Positions 62,667 through 64,000 of a stretch of DNA of 64,000 bases are shown here, piece after piece. The notes under the pieces are model-generated. The model saw only the letters and a list, made by a program, of their open reading frames with translations, was not told the DNA's origin and searched no databases. The translations under genes and the position numbers were made by a program. The stretch comes from Octopus sinensis. Its lineage: Eukaryota. Location: assembly GCF_006345805.1 (NCBI RefSeq), contig NC_043014.1:29636001-29700000 (forward strand), read 5' to 3'. Numbering within the stretch: the stretch's first letter is position 1; every line of letters starts with the position of its first letter.

Positions 62667-64000
62667 ACTCTGTTACATACACGTAGAATTAATTTTCTGT
62701 TAAAATACATTCAACAATTTATTGTCGCCTTTGTCGTGATCGTCTAAGGAATCTGTTTAAATGTTAACATTTATTTCAAACAAACCATTAAAAGAGTTGT
62801 TATACTGTATAGTACTTTATCTGTCTATTTGATTGCATATTTTTCTTCATAAAATTTAATCTTTTCTCAAATTGAACTTCAATTCTGTAGAGGTATAACT
62901 ATTTCTTTCATGCCTGTTGTCATTTTAATCACTTCAAAAAGTTTTCCATTTTAAACACTACTTTTTCTCTGTAATATATTCAATTCACATTAGTTATAAG
63001 TAGCTAATTGGCTACTGGCATTTTGATAGGAGTAGATTACAATTCTAGAATTAAATTTTTCTACATTTTCAGCAAATTTTTCAGTTAAAGAGTGGAAGGG
63101 ATAATACTACTACTCTAAGTAGTGGTGTGATAAAAGCACATGCGCAGTTATTGTGATCACATTCTTTTAGTAGCTTTTGCAGTCATAGTTATATTTCAGA
63201 ACTTACATTTAATTATTTAGAGCGTTAACATTTCTTTTTAATGTATTGTCACAAATATACTTTAGCGTGATAAATTATCGAGAGACCTCTTGGTAACCCC
63301 TTCTTTGCCATGTCATATGATTGCGATTTAAATCGCATCAATATATCACTTTAAAGGATGTTGTAATACAAAGTAAAGACTTTCATTAAAGTATATCCAA
63401 ATTATTCTGTGCAATAACTTAATTATACTCCTAACCAGCCCAATAGATTAAAATAAAATGAAATCTTTTTCGAAAAGTGTTACATAGCGTTGTCTGATTT
63501 TAGAGTTAATTTTGAACAGCCACTAAACAGGATCTAAACATTTATATATATTTTACTAATTGGAAACCACAAGTATTTTGGTTCATACTAGAACTTCTAT
63601 ATTTGTTCAAACATTTTCGATTATTCAATGTAATTCTACACTATGACACAGGTAGCAAGATATGTATAATCCATAGGCCATTAAGTTGTCTAGAGTGAGA
63701 GGCACATGACTTAAAGAAGCTTTATACCCTTCTATTATTACATACTCCAGTAACGAGGATATTTGGAAAGAATTATATAAAATCTTTTGATGCTGACTGG
63801 GTCCTTTTTATAGTACATTTTATCCTCCCTTGTTTCATAGCGTCGCTCTCTCTTTCTCTGTTTGTGTGTGTGTGTGTATATATATGTATATATCAATCTA
63901 ATGCATAACCAAAAGCACTACTAATAGTTTCACGTTATGTATATATGTGCGTGCATATGTAGTTAGTGTTGTTAACGCCATCTAGTATATAGGTTCCGTC

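Overview
AT-rich, CpG-poor eukaryotic DNA full of microsatellites and retroposons. The mix of repeats (RTE LINEs with (GAT)n tails, tRNA-derived SINEs, long (TA)n/(CA)n runs) suggests a coleoid cephalopod, probably Octopus; that assignment is inference. There are no bacterial-type genes, rRNA, intact tRNA or CRISPR, and most long ORFs in the supplied track are microsatellite artefacts. Most of the window looks like introns of one + strand gene, visible only as a chain of small candidate exons from 1616 to 48183, product unidentified. Between them lie decayed elements: RTE and CR1/L2 LINEs, two Ty1/copia-order LTR remnants, mariner DD34D, DD41D, a Chapaev3-type transposase, Helentron-like elements, MITEs and SINEs. 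The right end (58-63.5 kb) keeps CpGs and carries clustered NRF1- and YY1-like motifs, as a promoter region would. The most interesting signal is two unrelated small non-coding insertions (34162-34806 and 44420-44892). Each has an inverted duplication, an 11-12 bp target-site duplication and a hammerhead-ribozyme-like core, which suggests retrozyme-like or Penelope-mobilised RNAs. Peptides were translated by hand, family names come from motif recognition, and most TE boundaries are approximate.
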